Source of the DNA: an uncultured Lachnospiraceae bacterium
GTDB lineage: Bacteria; Bacillota; Clostridia; Lachnospirales; Lachnospiraceae
Assembly: GCA_944381535.1 (NCBI GenBank)
Contig: CALWLN010000214.1
Coordinates: 40,242-104,241 of the forward strand
Length of the DNA: 64,000 nucleotides
Reading direction: 5' to 3'
The notes under the pieces are model-generated. The model made no database searches. It had not been told where the DNA came from and was given only the letters and a program-made list of their open reading frames with translations. A program made the position numbers and the translations under genes. Positions 7,252 to 16,111 of this stretch are shown here, one piece after another (position 1 is the stretch's first letter; each line of letters starts with the position of its first letter).

Positions 7252-9810
7252 ATGAAAATTGTTGTAATTGGCGGCGTTGCCGCAGGAACAAAGGCGGCCG
7301 CCAAATTAAAACGTCAGGATCGAAGCGCGGAGGTAACCGTCTATACCAGGAGCAGGGACATTTCCTATGCAGGCTGCGGGCTTCCCTATTATGTGGGCGG
7401 CACCATCGAGACACCGGAGGAGCTGATCGTCAATACACCGGAGAAATACACGGGGTTGACCGGAGTTCTTGTGAAAACGGAAATGGAGGCCGTCTCCCTG
7501 GACGCAGCCGCAAAGACCGTGACGTTCAAAAACGGAGAGATTGTTTCCTATGATAAATTGATTATCGCCACCGGCGCGGTTCCTTTTGTTCCCAATATCG
7601 CCGGTACGGACTTGCCCGGCGTCTTCACCATGCGCACTCCCGGGGACGCCATCGCGCTCCGCTCCTATGTGGATGAAAATAAATGCCGCAGCGCCGTAAT
7701 TGCGGGGGGCGGTTTTATCGGTCTTGAGATTGCCGAGAATCTTCTGGCAAAGGGACTCAAGGTGACCGTTGTGGATATGGCGTCCCAGGTTCTGCCGAAT
7801 TTATTTGACGCGGAGATAGCAGACTATATCCGCCGTCACCTTCAATCTAAGGGAATCCGTGTAGTGACCGGCGCAGGCCTTGAGGAAATTTCAGGCAGTG
7901 AAAAAGCTACAGGCGTCCGCACCGGCGTGGGCAGTTTTGAGGGCGACGCCGTGGTGCTCGCAATCGGTATCCGCCCGGCTACCACATGGCTTGAGGGTTC
8001 CGGTATCGAGATGAACCGCGGCGCCATCCTGGTGGACGACTGTCAACGTACAAACCTTGAGGATGTCTATGCCGTCGGCGACTGTGCCCAGGTCTTTAAT
8101 CGTCAGACAGGAAAGGGCCAGTGGTCCGCCATGGGCTCTACCGCCAATATCACGGGCAGGCTGCTTGCCAAAAATCTCACCGGGGAGAAGACCCCCTACG
8201 GCGGATGCCTGGGCACCGGCGTTGTGAAGCTCACCGATTCCTTAAACGCCGGACGCACAGGTTTTACGGAGGAGCAGGCAAAGGCGGAGGGCTATGACGT
8301 CATTACAGCCGCCTGCGTCACCGACGACAAAGCCCATTACTATTCGGACGCCGCAAGCTTTATCACCAAACTTGTTGCCGATAAGACAACCCATAAGCTC
8401 TTAGGGTTACAGGTTTTGGGCGCAGGCGCCGTAGATAAAATGGTGGATATTGCCGTTGTGGGAATTTCCGCTGGGCTGACCCTCGAGGATTTCAATACCC
8501 TGGATTTTGCCTACGCTCCTCCTTTTTCCACGGCGATCCATCCCTTCGTCCAGGCCTGCTACATACTGGAAAACAAAATCGCCGGTGCCTATGAGAGCAT
8601 GACGCCCGGGGAATATCTTGCCGGAAAGGCCAGCGGCTATAAGATCATCGACGTCAGTCCCGCTCCCGCCATTCCCGGCGCCATGTGGGTAGACCTGGCA
8701 AAGGTAGACGGCCCCATCAATGGTCTTGCCAGGGACGAGAAGCTGCTGTTGGTATGCGCCAGGGGCAAGAGAGGCTATTTCCTGCAAAACCGCCTGAAGG
8801 CCTATGGCTATACCAATACGCTGGCCCTGGAGGGCGGCCTCACCGTAAATCAGGTGAAGGTACAGTTTGCGGGCGGCGTGCTTCCCCCGGAGGAGATTAA
8901 GCGTGTCAAGGGGCTGGGGTGCCTGCGGGACAAACGCTATCCTGATGTCTTCAATGTCCGCGTGATTACCCGCAACGGACGGATTTCCTCCAAGGAGCAC
9001 CACATCATCGCTGAGGCGGCTGAAAAATTCGGCTCGGGCGCAGTCACAATGACAACGCGCCTGACCTTGGAAATACAGGGTGTGAAGTACGAAAACATCC
9101 AGCCTCTCATTGACTTTTTAGCACAGCACGGCCTGTCCACCGGCGGTACCGGTTCCCTGGTACGCCCCGTCGTTTCCTGTAAAGGCACCACCTGCCAATA
9201 CGGACTGGCAGACACCTTCGGCCTTTCCGAAAAGCTGCACGAGAAATTTTATGTGGGATATCACGGGGTGACGCTGCCCCACAAATTCAAAATCGCCGTG
9301 GGCGGCTGTCCCAACAACTGCGTGAAGCCTGATCTGAACGACTTAGGGATCGTAGGCCAGAAGGTTCCCATGATCAACTACGCCAAGTGCCGGGGCTGCA
9401 AGAAGTGCCAGATCGTGGAAAGCTGCCCCATCAAAATCGCGGAGGTTGTAGACGGGAAGATTCACATCGTTCCCAAGGCCTGCAATCATTGTGGGCGCTG
9501 CGCCGGAAAATGTCCTTTCGGGGCACTTGAGGACTATCAATATGGTTTCAAGGTATACATCGGCGGACGCTGGGGGAAAAAGATTGCCCACGGTACTCCT
9601 CTGACAAAGATATTTACCTCCGAGGACGAGGTGATGGAGGTTGTGGAAAAGGCAATTCTTCTGTTCCGGGACGAGGGTATCTCCGGCGAGCGTTTTGCCG
9701 ATACGGTTAACCGTCTGGGCTTTGACTATGTGAACGAAAAGCTTATCAGCGGCAGCATTGACAAGGCCGCAATTCTCGGCAAGACCGTTAAGGGCGGCGC
9801 CACCTGCTGA
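7252..9810 (+). CDS. Tri-modular FAD-dependent oxidoreductase: CoA-disulfide/persulfide reductase-like, rhodanese, and siroheme-type sulfite/nitrite-reductase-like module with 2x[4Fe-4S] ferredoxin insert
   Basis: ATG at 7252 sits behind GAAGGGG. GGVAAG is the FAD dinucleotide fold and SYAGCGLPYY carries the CoADR redox Cys (codon 42). The rhodanese loop is LLLVCARGKRG (Cys codon 502). The C-terminal part has SCKGTTC and GGCPNNC (SiR-type cluster/siroheme ligands) plus CRGCKKC...CP and CNHCGRCAGKCP ferredoxin motifs. Confidence 0.75.
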   Translation: MKIVVIGGVAAGTKAAAKLKRQDRSAEVTVYTRSRDISYAGCGLPYYVGGTIETPEELIVNTPEKYTGLTGVLVKTEMEAVSLDAAAKTVTFKNGEIVSYDKLIIATGAVPFVPNIAGTDLPGVFTMRTPGDAIALRSYVDENKCRSAVIAGGGFIGLEIAENLLAKGLKVTVVDMASQVLPNLFDAEIADYIRRHLQSKGIRVVTGAGLEEISGSEKATGVRTGVGSFEGDAVVLAIGIRPATTWLEGSGIEMNRGAILVDDCQRTNLEDVYAVGDCAQVFNRQTGKGQWSAMGSTANITGRLLAKNLTGEKTPYGGCLGTGVVKLTDSLNAGRTGFTEEQAKAEGYDVITAACVTDDKAHYYSDAASFITKLVADKTTHKLLGLQVLGAGAVDKMVDIAVVGISAGLTLEDFNTLDFAYAPPFSTAIHPFVQACYILENKIAGAYESMTPGEYLAGKASGYKIIDVSPAPAIPGAMWVDLAKVDGPINGLARDEKLLLVCARGKRGYFLQNRLKAYGYTNTLALEGGLTVNQVKVQFAGGVLPPEEIKRVKGLGCLRDKRYPDVFNVRVITRNGRISSKEHHIIAEAAEKFGSGAVTMTTRLTLEIQGVKYENIQPLIDFLAQHGLSTGGTGSLVRPVVSCKGTTCQYGLADTFGLSEKLHEKFYVGYHGVTLPHKFKIAVGGCPNNCVKPDLNDLGIVGQKVPMINYAKCRGCKKCQIVESCPIKIAEVVDGKIHIVPKACNHCGRCAGKCPFGALEDYQYGFKVYIGGRWGKKIAHGTPLTKIFTSEDEVMEVVEKAILLFRDEGISGERFADTVNRLGFDYVNEKLISGSIDKAAILGKTVKGGATC

Positions 9811-9853
9811 TTTTGTGAGGCTCCGGAGCCATACCATATAGAGGTAAAAGATT

Positions 9854-10855
9854 ATGAAAAAATTTTTTGTTGTACTTATTTTGATTCTCAGCTGTAGCCT
9901 GTCCGCCTGCGGACAGGCTACACAGGAGACCTCCCCGGAGGACGCCGTATCCAAGGATGAAGCCACACCTACCGATACCCTGGACCGGGAAGTCTTTGAG
10001 GACGCCGTCACATTTACCGACGCCCTCGACCGGGAGGTCTCCGTGAAGAAAAATCCTAAGCGGGTGGCGGCGCTTTTGGGCAGCTTCGCCGATGTCTGGG
10101 TATTATCCGGCGGTTCGCTCTGTGCCGCTGCCGAAGACGCATGGGAGGATTTCGGGCTGGAGCTTCCCGATGCGGTCAACATCGGTGGCGCCCATTCCCC
10201 CAGCCTGGAGCTACTTTTGTCAGCCAATCCCGATTTCGTGATTGCCAGCGCCTCCACGTCCAGCAACGTGGAAATGAAAGATACGCTGGAGGCGGCGGGT
10301 ATCCCAGTGGCCTATTTTGACGTGGATAATTTCACGGATTATCTAAACATGCTTGACATCTGCACCGACATTACAGGAAGAACAGATTTATATGAACAAA
10401 ACGGCCTGGATTTACAGGCGCGGATAGAAGCGGTGAAAACAGAATACGCGGAATGTGACGCCAGCGATGAGGAACGCAGAGTGCTTCTGCTTCGCGCCTC
10501 CTCAGGCGCCGTCAAGGCTAAGGGCAGCCAGGGCACAATCCTGGGTGAAATGCTTGCGAATCTGGGTTGTACCAACATTGCGGACAATGATTCCAGTCTG
10601 CTTGAAAATCTGAGTGTGGAGGCAGTCATTCGCGAAGAACCCTGCCACATCTTCGTGGTCACCATGGGAAGCGATACGGATGCGGCAAAGGCGTCCCTTG
10701 AAACTATGATGGAGGAAAACCCTGCCTGGAATACGTTGGAGGCGGTGGAGGAAGGCAGATTACATGTGATGGATAAAACCCTGTTTAATCTGAAGCCCAA
10801 CGCCCGCTGGGCAGAGGCATATGAGAAATTATATGAAACACTTACGGAAAAATAG
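9854..10855 (+). CDS. ABC transporter substrate-binding lipoprotein, cluster A-II (siderophore/heme/cobalamin, BtuF/FhuD-like)
   Basis: Signal peptide with lipobox LSAC-G. The periplasmic binding protein 2-type sequence includes PDFVIASAS and HIFVVTMGSD. It starts 43 nt after the oxidoreductase stop. Confidence 0.75.
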   Translation: MKKFFVVLILILSCSLSACGQATQETSPEDAVSKDEATPTDTLDREVFEDAVTFTDALDREVSVKKNPKRVAALLGSFADVWVLSGGSLCAAAEDAWEDFGLELPDAVNIGGAHSPSLELLLSANPDFVIASASTSSNVEMKDTLEAAGIPVAYFDVDNFTDYLNMLDICTDITGRTDLYEQNGLDLQARIEAVKTEYAECDASDEERRVLLLRASSGAVKAKGSQGTILGEMLANLGCTNIADNDSSLLENLSVEAVIREEPCHIFVVTMGSDTDAAKASLETMMEENPAWNTLEAVEEGRLHVMDKTLFNLKPNARWAEAYEKLYETLTEK

Positions 10856-11840
10856 GCTTGCGCCCATATACGCTGCCGCCGTTACCTTGCTTTTGTTTTC
10901 CGCCATACTCGGCCTCTTTCTCGGCGCCACTAAGGTCGGCTTTACCGATATCATAGAAGCGCTGTTTTGCGGGAGCACAGGAAGCCCCCAGGCAAGAATT
11001 TTATGGTATGCGCGTCTTCCGAGAGTGATGGCAGGTCTTTTGTGCGGTTCGGCCCTTGCCGTGTCGGGCGCAGTAATACAGGGGGTGCTTGCCAACCGGC
11101 TTGCGTCACCCAGCATTATTGGCGTCAACGCAGGGGCCGGACTTGCGGTAACCCTCTGCGCCGCCTTTGGCATTGTGGGCGGGTGGAGATTATCCCTGTT
11201 TGCCTTTATAGGGGCATTTCTCACCGTAATGCTGGTAAGTCTTGGCGCGAAAAAATGGGGCGCCTCAAGGGGAACGGTCATTTTAATGGGGGTTGCTCTA
11301 AATGCCCTGCTGGGCGCGGTTTCTGATACGGTAACTACCTTCGTGCCGGATGTGAGTATTATGAGCAGCGCCTTTAAGGTGGGGGATTTTTCCTCCGCTA
11401 CCTATATAAAACTGATACCGGCTGCCGTAGTCATACTTACGTCCCTGCTGCTTTTAAATACCCTCTCCAATGCCCTTGACGTGCTGACCCTGGGAGAGGA
11501 GAATGCTAAGGGACTGGGTCTGAACACGGATTTCACGCGCGTCCTGTTTCTGATTTTTGCAGCCCTCCTGGCAGGCGCGGCTGTAAGTGTGGCGGGACTT
11601 TTATCCTTCGTGGGCCTTCTTGTGCCCCACGCAGTCCGGCGTATCGCAACCACCCAGTCACGCCATCTTCTTCCGCTATGCGCTTTGTTCGGCGCAGGCT
11701 TTGTAACACTCTGCGACACCCTGGCGAGAGTGATTTTCGCGCCCTATGAACTGCCGGTTGGAATTATCATGGCATTTCTCGGAGCGCCTTTCTTTCTTTT
11801 TATTCTCATCAAAGGAAAAGGAGGACATAGCCGTGCTTGA
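10821..11840 (+). CDS. FecCD/BtuC family ABC permease
   Basis: About 10 TM helices with typical FecCD motifs (RLPRVMAGLL, GLLSFVGLLVPH). The start is ambiguous between 10821 and 10833, and the gene overlaps the SBP 3' end. Confidence 0.8.
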   Translation: MRNYMKHLRKNRLAPIYAAAVTLLLFSAILGLFLGATKVGFTDIIEALFCGSTGSPQARILWYARLPRVMAGLLCGSALAVSGAVIQGVLANRLASPSIIGVNAGAGLAVTLCAAFGIVGGWRLSLFAFIGAFLTVMLVSLGAKKWGASRGTVILMGVALNALLGAVSDTVTTFVPDVSIMSSAFKVGDFSSATYIKLIPAAVVILTSLLLLNTLSNALDVLTLGEENAKGLGLNTDFTRVLFLIFAALLAGAAVSVAGLLSFVGLLVPHAVRRIATTQSRHLLPLCALFGAGFVTLCDTLARVIFAPYELPVGIIMAFLGAPFFLFILIKGKGGHSRA

Positions 11841-12579
11841 ACTGAGCAATGTATCCGCAGGATACGGGAAAACAGAAATTCTGCGTAACCTCTCCATCGG
11901 CTTTGAAAAAAACAGGCTGACAAGCATTATCGGCCCCAACGGCTGCGGAAAAAGCACGCTCTTAAAGGCAGCTCTTGGTATGATACCGCATATGCAGGGC
12001 GAAATATCCATTGATAACGTAAATCTATCCACCCTGAAACGAAAGGCCATCGCAAAACAGATTGCCTATCTGCCCCAGGGCAGGGGCACCCCCGACATGA
12101 CTGTGGAGCAAATGGTACTTCACGGCAGATTTCCTCATTTAAGTTACCCCAGGCAGTACACAAGCCGGGATCGTGATATTGCAGCGTCGGCCATGGACAA
12201 GGCGGGCATCCGGGAATTTGCTCTAAAACCAGTGTACGCCCTGTCCGGCGGTATGCGCCAGAGTGTGTATATCGCCATGGCTCTCGCCCAGGAGACGGAA
12301 TACATTCTCCTGGACGAGCCGACTACCTACCTGGATATTTCCCATCAGCTTGATGTCATGCGGCTGCTGCGCAATCTTGCGGACGATGGCAGGGGTATCG
12401 TTGCCGTCATGCACGACCTTCCTTTGGCATTCCAATTTTCAGATATGGTGATGGTGATGGACCAAGGCAGGATTTTTGCCCACCAAACACCCGGGGAGGT
12501 ATGTGAAAGCGGCCTTGTGGAGCAGATTTTTGGGGTACGGATACGCCGGGAGGGAGATACGTATTATTATAAATACTAA
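11833..12579 (+). CDS. ABC transporter ATP-binding protein (FecE/BtuD-like)
   Basis: Walker A GPNGCGKST, signature LSGGMRQ, Walker B ILLDEPT. I chose the GTG at 11833, which overlaps the permease stop by 8 nt. The longer start in the ORF track would read through the permease. Confidence 0.8.
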   Translation: MLELSNVSAGYGKTEILRNLSIGFEKNRLTSIIGPNGCGKSTLLKAALGMIPHMQGEISIDNVNLSTLKRKAIAKQIAYLPQGRGTPDMTVEQMVLHGRFPHLSYPRQYTSRDRDIAASAMDKAGIREFALKPVYALSGGMRQSVYIAMALAQETEYILLDEPTTYLDISHQLDVMRLLRNLADDGRGIVAVMHDLPLAFQFSDMVMVMDQGRIFAHQTPGEVCESGLVEQIFGVRIRREGDTYYYKY

Positions 12580-12623
12580 GCAGCTTAAAGCATTTTCTAT
12601 CAAGATGCCAAGCCATGGTTTTA

Positions 12624-13607
12624 TTATTTTACCTTTAGAACAACCTTCCCCACATTCCGCCCCTGATACAGGATATCGTGGGCAGCCTCCGCCTCCGTGA
12701 TGGGCAGGATCTTATAAATGGTGGGCTTCACCTGGCCGCTTTCGATCTTCGGATATACCTTTTCCACAAGCTCGGAAAGAATCCGCGCCTTCACCTCCGG
12801 TGTCCTGGAACGCAGTGTGCTGCCTATGATCCGGACATTTCTTACATAGATATTTTTTAAGTCAATTTCTGTTTTTGTGCCGGCCAGCGCCGCGATCATG
12901 ATCCATCTTGCGCCGTGGGTTAAGTAGTGAATACATTTTCCCGTGATCTCACCGCCCAGGCAGTCGATTGCCACATCCACACCGCTGCCTGCTTCCAGCT
13001 GCTGCCTTAATACCTCCGCGATATCTTCCTTTGTTGTGTTCACAATGATGTCCGCATTCAGATGCCGGATGGATGCTGCGATCTCATCCGACAGGACCGT
13101 TGTGATCACTCTTATGCCAAAGGCCTTTGCCATAGGAATGATAACGCTTGCAAGTCCGGAAGCTCCCGCATTCATAAGCAGGGTATTGCCGGGTTTTATG
13201 TTTCCTTCCATAAACAGATTCAAATATGCCGTCGCAAATGCTTCCGGAATCGCCGCCGCTTCTTCCATGGAGCAATTTTTCGGAACAGGCATAAGCATAT
13301 CGTATTTTACCGCTACATACTCGGCATAACCGCCGCCGCCCAGGAGCGCGCAGACCTTATCGCCCATTTTCCAGTTTGATCTTGCCTTTGCCTCCTCCCC
13401 CATGTCCACGATAACGCCTGCAACTTCAAGCCCCATCCATTCCGGGCAGCCGGCGGGAGGAGGATAATCCCCCTCTCTCTGCATAAGGTCGGCCCGGTTT
13501 AGCGCCGCCGCATGGATTTCGATCAATACTTCCTCGCTTTTCATGACGGGATCCTCTACATTGTCCCATCGCAGGCTCCTGTCGCCATTTACAAGTATTG
13601 CTTTCAT
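12624..13607 (-). CDS. NAD(P)H:quinone oxidoreductase, medium-chain dehydrogenase/reductase family (zeta-crystallin-like)
   Basis: MKAILVNGDRSLRW..., with ALNRADLMQREGDYPPP and GASGLASVIIPMAKAFG (Rossmann fold). Start reset to 13607 behind a GGAG RBS. The 61-codon N-terminal extension in the ORF track overlaps the upstream gene. Confidence 0.75.
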   Translation of the reverse strand: MKAILVNGDRSLRWDNVEDPVMKSEEVLIEIHAAALNRADLMQREGDYPPPAGCPEWMGLEVAGVIVDMGEEAKARSNWKMGDKVCALLGGGGYAEYVAVKYDMLMPVPKNCSMEEAAAIPEAFATAYLNLFMEGNIKPGNTLLMNAGASGLASVIIPMAKAFGIRVITTVLSDEIAASIRHLNADIIVNTTKEDIAEVLRQQLEAGSGVDVAIDCLGGEITGKCIHYLTHGARWIMIAALAGTKTEIDLKNIYVRNVRIIGSTLRSRTPEVKARILSELVEKVYPKIESGQVKPTIYKILPITEAEAAHDILYQGRNVGKVVLKVK

Positions 13608-13654
13608 TTTTGTTGCTCCTTTCTCAGATGCGCAGAAAAACAGTGATTTCCGAA

Positions 13655-14413
13655 TCATAAGCTCATATGGTCCCGTATGGCTTTTACATGGGTTAGAAGT
13701 GGCTGGGCAGGTGTTGCCAGCGCATCGTATTCCTCCACGCAGAGATACATACAGCAGCCTATCTCCCCTCCGATTCTTCTTAAGAGGCGGCACTCGCCCC
13801 CCGCCAGAAAAAGAAATCTGATCTTCAGCTTCTCCTTCAGCATATTGATAATCTTAAGGTTTTCAAGCTGCTGCTCCATGGTGTCCGCCCCCGTAACAAT
13901 TTTGCAGATGTCAGCGCCCCGTCTCTGGTGCTCCAACGAAATTTCCAGAACTCTCTCAGCGGGCGTAAATTTTAGCACATGAGAAGATATCAAAACCTCA
14001 GCGCCTCTTTTGTGCAGTTCATCAACCAATGCCATCTGTTTTTTGACCGCAGCCTCTTCCCTTGCCAGCTCATCCGGCTGCTTATCAAAAAAATCACCCA
14101 CAACGTCACACAGCGTAGCGCCACAATCAGCAAGCTCAAGCAGTTCCTCCGCCAGCTGCTCATCTGTTTTTCCCGTATTGTTGGCATGGCGGTAGTTTGT
14201 TACATAAACAGGTTTTCCTTTGGCGTACGCGAACAGTCTCTTATAAATATCTTTGTTGCGATACTGGCCCTTCATCTGACAAAACTGCATGCCAAAGGCC
14301 TCCGCGCCGTCAGGTAAGGCTTTATCAATAAGCTCCTCCACTCTCTCGGGATTATCGGCCTGCGCCATAACGGTAAGTATCGGTTTTTCATAGGTCAAAA
14401 ATGTAGGCTTCAT
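13655..14413 (-). CDS. Type I 3-dehydroquinate dehydratase (AroD)-like TIM-barrel protein
   Basis: 252 aa. GADICKIVTGADT resembles the AroD Schiff-base lysine motif (ADIVKxAxMP). The length and overall pattern fit the DHquinase_I family. No other aro genes are nearby. Confidence 0.5.
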   Translation of the reverse strand: MKPTFLTYEKPILTVMAQADNPERVEELIDKALPDGAEAFGMQFCQMKGQYRNKDIYKRLFAYAKGKPVYVTNYRHANNTGKTDEQLAEELLELADCGATLCDVVGDFFDKQPDELAREEAAVKKQMALVDELHKRGAEVLISSHVLKFTPAERVLEISLEHQRRGADICKIVTGADTMEQQLENLKIINMLKEKLKIRFLFLAGGECRLLRRIGGEIGCCMYLCVEEYDALATPAQPLLTHVKAIRDHMSL

Positions 14414-14419
14414 CCTTCA

Positions 14420-15175
14420 TCACCCCCTGTGCATGGCATTCCTGCCGCCGTCAATCAAAATATTCTCGCCGTTTATAAACTGCCCCTTATCTGAGGCGAT
14501 ATACAGGATCAAGTCTACGATCTCCTGTGGCTCTGCCGCTCTGCCCAATAGGGTTTTCATATTTGCCATGGCGGGCCGGGTAAGTACGGGCCCCGGCGAA
14601 ACGCAGACGCACCGCACATTATATTTTGCTCCATATTGTGCCAGGGATTTTGTAAGCCCGAACATAACGCCGCTCTTGGCGGTGGGGTAATCCACGCCTC
14701 TGCCATCGCCCTCCATGCCGCTGATGGAGCCAATATTTACGATAAGGCCGCTCTTTTGCTCTCTCATCTGCTTCATGACCGCATGGTCAAAATAAAACTG
14801 GCCCTTTAAATTCACGTCAATCCCCCAGTCATAGACATCAATGGGGATATCGGGAAATTCCAACGATGGGTCCACATTCAGCATACGGACCGCCGTTCCG
14901 CCCGCAAAATTCGCCATTACATCAATGCGGTCAAAGGCTTCCACCGCCCGGTCCCTTGCCGCGCAGACCTGCCCATAATCCCTTACATCACAGACAACGC
15001 CCATCGCCCTTCCCCCAGGCTGGCCATTGATCTCCCCGACCTTCTCGTTAAGAACCCCTTCGTTTACGTCGCACATCACAACATTTCCACCCAGCCTGGC
15101 AAAGCACTGGGAAAACAAAAGCCCCATTCCGGACGCGGCGCCTGTTGAAATTGCTGTTTTTCCCGCAAAATCCAT
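14420..15175 (-). CDS. SDR family oxidoreductase
   Basis: TGAASGMG cofactor motif, NIGS, and a YxxxK-type catalytic region (YPTAKSG). 251 aa. Confidence 0.85.
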   Translation of the reverse strand: MDFAGKTAISTGAASGMGLLFSQCFARLGGNVVMCDVNEGVLNEKVGEINGQPGGRAMGVVCDVRDYGQVCAARDRAVEAFDRIDVMANFAGGTAVRMLNVDPSLEFPDIPIDVYDWGIDVNLKGQFYFDHAVMKQMREQKSGLIVNIGSISGMEGDGRGVDYPTAKSGVMFGLTKSLAQYGAKYNVRCVCVSPGPVLTRPAMANMKTLLGRAAEPQEIVDLILYIASDKGQFINGENILIDGGRNAMHRG

Positions 15176-15352
15176 AGTATCACGCTCCCTAAAATAATAT
15201 TGTATCGTTACTATAAATTATATTTTAGTAAATTCCAATGCGTAATATGATATTAGTTTGATGTTTTTGATACTTTTTCTGGCTATTTTCCTTGTTTTTT
15301 TGAATAAAAAGAATATAATGAAGAAAATAGGATTCGCCGGAGAAATACTTTT

Positions 15353-16111
15353 ATGAATATGCTGAACAAAATCGTTGTTACGAATATCAGGGAACTTTTT
15401 ACCGTTTCATCTCCAAAGGGAAGATTCGAAAAAATGAAGAACAGAAAATGCTATGGTCTGTCCTTTTGTATGGAAGGTCAGATCACGTATGCCCATAACG
15501 GCAAAACCGTTGTTTCGGACAGGGAGCATGCCGTGATTCTTCCGAAGGGAAAATGCTATACGATTTACGGCGATAAAAGCGGCCTCTTCCCTGTGATTAA
15601 TTTCGACTGCCTGGATTTTTTATGTGATACCATTCTTGCTTTACCTGTCCAAAATCCCGAAACCTATATCAGAGACTATGAACAGATGAAAGCGCTGTCC
15701 CTTTTTGAAGAAAACAGAGCGAAGATCATGAGTATTTTTTATAATATACTTCACCGGCTGTCCTCACAGAATACCTCGTGCGCCGTAATTATGCCGGCAA
15801 TCAAATATCTGGAACATAACTATCAAAATCCCAATCTGACCAATGCCATGCTGGCCCAGCAGTGCAATATCAGCGAGATTTACTTCCGGAAGCTTTTTGC
15901 GGAGCACTACAAAACCACTCCAAAGCAGTATATTATCGATATCCGGATCAGCAAGGCAAAGCAGCTTCTGGCAGACGGCATTTACAAAATGAATGCCGTC
16001 TCCGAACGCTGCGGATTTTCCAATCCCTATCACTTTTGCCGTGTGTTTAAGAAAAAAACAGGTCTTACGCCCTCCCAATATATGCAGCAGAACCGGATCA
16101 GGCTTCCATAG
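15353..16111 (+). CDS. AraC family transcriptional regulator (cupin sensor + HTH)
   Basis: C-terminal AraC HTH (ISEIYFRKLF, GFSNPYHFCRVFKKKTGLTPSQY). The gene is AT-rich and divergent from the SDR/AroD-like/qor genes. Confidence 0.85.
   Translation: MNMLNKIVVTNIRELFTVSSPKGRFEKMKNRKCYGLSFCMEGQITYAHNGKTVVSDREHAVILPKGKCYTIYGDKSGLFPVINFDCLDFLCDTILALPVQNPETYIRDYEQMKALSLFEENRAKIMSIFYNILHRLSSQNTSCAVIMPAIKYLEHNYQNPNLTNAMLAQQCNISEIYFRKLFAEHYKTTPKQYIIDIRISKAKQLLADGIYKMNAVSERCGFSNPYHFCRVFKKKTGLTPSQYMQQNRIRLP

Noticed and set aside
9343-10266. 307-aa minus-strand ORF spanning the oxidoreductase/SBP junction
   Set aside because: It is antisense to two well-supported plus-strand genes, and its composition is Ser/Ala-rich low-complexity sequence.
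12624-13793. 62-codon N-terminal extension of the quinone oxidoreductase ORF
   Set aside because: The extension overlaps the 3' end of the AroD-like gene. The conserved MDR N-terminus starts at the internal MKAILV, which has a GGAG RBS.
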